A stretch of DNA of 63,364 nucleotides, counting the filler, from Octopus bimaculoides (Eukaryota): NCBI RefSeq assembly GCF_001194135.2. It is 7 parts of 5 records of this genome, joined end to end, with 100 filler letters (N's around TTAATTAATTAA, not from the genome) between each part and the next. Parts side by side here need not be neighbours in the genome. Positions count along the whole stretch, not along the records: positions 57,430 to 61,532 come from NC_068981.1; positions 61,633 to 63,364 come from NW_026344945.1; 5 more parts are not named here. The stretch is one strand, 5' to 3'. The first letter of the stretch is position 1. Each line of letters opens with the position of its first letter. Below the pieces are notes generated by a model. That model was not told the DNA's origin. It saw only the letters and a list, made by a program, of their open reading frames with translations, and searched no databases. This document shows positions 60,290-63,364 of this stretch, one piece after another. The position numbers were made by a program, and so were the translations under genes.

Positions 60290-61160
60290 TAATGGAAACC
60301 TGTATGGAAGAAATAACAAGAGACTGGTGGAACTCTTAAGCAGTGTCTTGCCAAGGTATAACCGTGACACAATTCATCAAATGCTTTGATGATATCAAGC
60401 GAAATAAGTACATAGAAGTTGCTCTTCCTTTCTGACTAGCTTGTACCTGTCACAATCCAATATCTCATTTGAGGTTGCGATTTAAACAGCATTGGCACTC
60501 ATTGAACGATTGCTGATAGAGTGGGCAACCATATAAGACATTTACACTGAATCTCTCACTGTGGAATTAAAACAAATGAAAGGCTAAGTCACACTAGTTG
60601 GTACCTGAACTGCTTGATAAGAGTTAATACTGGGGTTTGGATTAGGATCAAGGTTAGTGCTAGTGTTAGGATTAGGGTTAGGATTGGGTGTAGTGCCCCA
60701 GTTGGCGTTAAGGTTAGGCTTTGGGCTAGAGTTAGGTTTAAAGTTAGGGCCAGGGCCAGGATTATACACTATGTGCAGTTACGTATGAGTGAAAGATACC
60801 TATATTAGTACACTCTACAAAGGTGCAGTGTAATAGTAACCTGTATGGAGTGAGTGATAAGAGACTGATGGAAATCTTAAGCAGTGTTTTGCCGGGGTAG
60901 AGGAAGAATATCGAGGAATATGGAGTATATCATGTAAAACAAGAATATAGAACTTGCTCTTGCATTCCGACTAGTTTGTACCTGCTAAATCAGCTATATC
61001 TTTTCAAGTGCAACCTAAACAGCATTGACACACACTCGATGTGTGCTGATATAGTAGGCGACTATATACGACTGGTGGTATAGTCATCAGTCCCACTGAA
61101 TCTCACAATAATGTATTAGAATAGATGAATGAAAGTCGGACTGGTTGATATCTGAAGTAA
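60290..61160 (+). repeat. Old direct duplication of about 320 bp (60290-60610 / 60830-61160) around a degenerate hexamer tract
   Basis: Shared blocks aacctgtatgga, aagagactg.tggaa.tcttaagcagtgt.ttgcc, gactag.ttgtacctg, taaacagcattg and cactgaatctc. Confidence 0.85.
60630..60765 (+). repeat. Degenerate (TTAGGG)-like hexamer tract
   Basis: ggattaggatcaaggttagtgctagtgttaggattagggttaggattggg...gttagggccagggccagg. Confidence 0.7.
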
Positions 61161-61632
61161 GTGAGAAGAGTGAATTAATATCACTTATGGTGCTTAATAA
61201 TTTATATGTTTTATGATGTATATTTTCAAAAAGCTCAAGTACGGTTATTTGTAAACATTTGGTTTATTTTCTCTTTTATTTTCGTGATTAACTATATATG
61301 AAATAGTTGGCCTTAATGTTTACATTTGGTGATTTATTTAGGCACTGGTTCAGTTGCTGGATTCCATTAAACTAAGACCAGCAATTCAATTAAATCTCAC
61401 AAAATGGATCAAGTGGGGATGAACAGCAAAATCATAGTAGTTAGGATTTAAACTAAGAATTTAATAGCACCAAACTAAATATTAAAACGCAATAAATCAA
61501 ATTCATTATCTTTTATATATATATATATATATNNNNNNNNNNNNNNNNNNNNNNNNNNNNNNNNNNNNNNNNNNNNTTAATTAATTAANNNNNNNNNNNN
61601 NNNNNNNNNNNNNNNNNNNNNNNNNNNNNNNN

Positions 61633-63364
61633 ACATCCATACGTGCATACATCCATACATACGTACGTAGGTACGTAACTACATCCATACATACTTACGT
61701 AGGCACGTACTTACATCCAAACATACGTATGAAGGTACGTACCTACATACATACATACTTACGTATATACGTACGTACGTATGTACGTACGTACGTACAT
61801 CCGTACATACGTACGTAGCTATGTATGTACATCCATACATACGTACGTAGGTACGTACGTACATCCATACACATAACTAGGTACGTACATCGACACATAC
61901 GTACGTAGGTACGTACGTGCATCCATACATACGTATGTAGGTACGTACGTCCATCCATACATACGTAGGTAGGTACGCACGTACATACATACATACATAC
62001 ATACGTACGTACGTACATCCATATATGCGTACGTAGGCATATACATACTTACATAGGCACGTACGTACATTAATACATACGTACGTAAGTACGTACCTAC
62101 ATCCATAAAGACGTACGTAGACAAGAAAGTACATCCATGCATTTTTACGTAAGCACGTACGTACTTCCATACATACGTACATCCATACGTACGTACATCC
62201 ACACATACGTACGTAGGTACACAGGTAATCCATACGTACGTGCGTATGTACATCCGTACATGCGTACGTAGTTACGTACGTACATACATACGTACGTAGG
62301 CACGTACCTACATACATACGTACTTACGTAGGCATGTACGTACATACATACATACATACGTACGTATGTAGTACGTACATCCATACTTACATAAGTAGGC
62401 AAGTACGTACATCCATACATTCTTTCGTAGGCACGTACGTACATCCAAGCATACGTAGGGAGGTACGTACCTACATACATACATACATGCGTAGGTACGT
62501 ACGTAGGTACGTATGTACTTACATGCGTACGTAGGAACGTACGTGCGTCCATTTATACGTAAGTAGGTACGTAAGTACATCCATATATACGTACGTAGGT
62601 ATGTACGTACATCTTTACATACATAACTAGGTACGTACATCCATACATACGGACGTAGGTACGTACGTACATCCATACATACGTACGTACGTACATCCAT
62701 ACATACATNNNNNNNNNNTACATACGTACGTACGTACATCCATACATACATAACTAGGTACGTTCATCCACACATACGGACGTAGGTACGTACGTACATC
62801 CATGCATACGTACGTAGATGCGTTCGTACATCCATACATAAATACTTAGGTACGTACGTAACATCCATACATGCATACGTAAGTACGTACATACATCCAT
62901 ACATACATACGTCGTTACGTACGTACGTAGGTACGTACGTGCATCTATACATTACGTGCGTAGGCACGTACGTACATACATACGTACGTACATCCATACA
63001 TACATACGTAGGTACGTACGTACATCCATTCATACGTACGTACATCCATACGTACGTATATCCATTTGTACATACGTAGGTACATCCATGCATGCGTACG
63101 TAGGCACGTACGTTAATACATACAAACGTATGTAGGCACGTACGTACATCAATCATAGTTACGTAGGCACGTACGTACATCCATACATACGTACGTATGT
63201 ACGGACGTATATCCATACTTACATACGTAGACAAGTNNNNNNNNNNNNNNNNNNNNNNGTAGGCACGTTCGAACATCCATACATTCTTAGGTAGGCACGT
63301 ACGTACATACATACATACATACGTAGGCACGTACGTATATCCATATATATGTACGTAGGTACTA
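61633..63364. repeat. Complex TACG/CATA-based minisatellite, about 32-bp basic unit
   Basis: Consensus ACATCCATACATACGTACGTAGGTACGTACGT (exact at 61829-61860), with recurrent variant blocks. It runs to the window end. Confidence 0.95.

Noticed and set aside
60630-60765. True telomere or chromosome-fusion site
   Set aside because: The tract is highly degenerate, only about 135 bp, single orientation, and lacks a head-to-head junction.

Overview
This is eukaryotic, AT-rich DNA with many gaps and dense repeats. The microsatellite load and the tRNA-derived SINE families point to an octopod (Octopus-like) genome; this is inferred from sequence recognition, not a database search. I found no intact host protein-coding exon. 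Most of the window is decayed mobile DNA: three Penelope-like element (PLE) bodies (about 100-3830, 26250-27145, 31700-33300), two R4/Dong-type RLE LINE pieces sitting in (AAT)n, a near full-length RTE LINE (13828-17390), Tx1/L1-clade pieces, CR1- and RTE-type fragments, Helitrons (one with a PIF1 helicase remnant), mariner, maT and Tc1 relics, a SPIN/Charlie-type hAT transposase pseudogene, two tRNA-Trp-primed LTR elements and about 20 SINEs. The most unusual observations are: (1) a small non-coding LTR element whose primer-binding site is expanded into about 2.5 tandem 40-nt copies antisense to the 3' half of tRNA-Trp; (2) repeated minimal hammerhead-ribozyme folds in PLE terminal repeats, three of which share the non-canonical core CUGUNGA; (3) a PLE end combining a tRNA-like Pol III promoter with a hammerhead; (4) an internally deleted Dong element inside the Asn-rich linker of a PLE; (5) a recent 90-bp fold-back duplication with a template-switch signature; (6) a duplicated and then inverted 1.3-1.6 kb block with minus-strand splice signals; (7) a 1.7-kb TACG-based satellite with higher-order structure. 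Coordinates of decayed elements are approximate.
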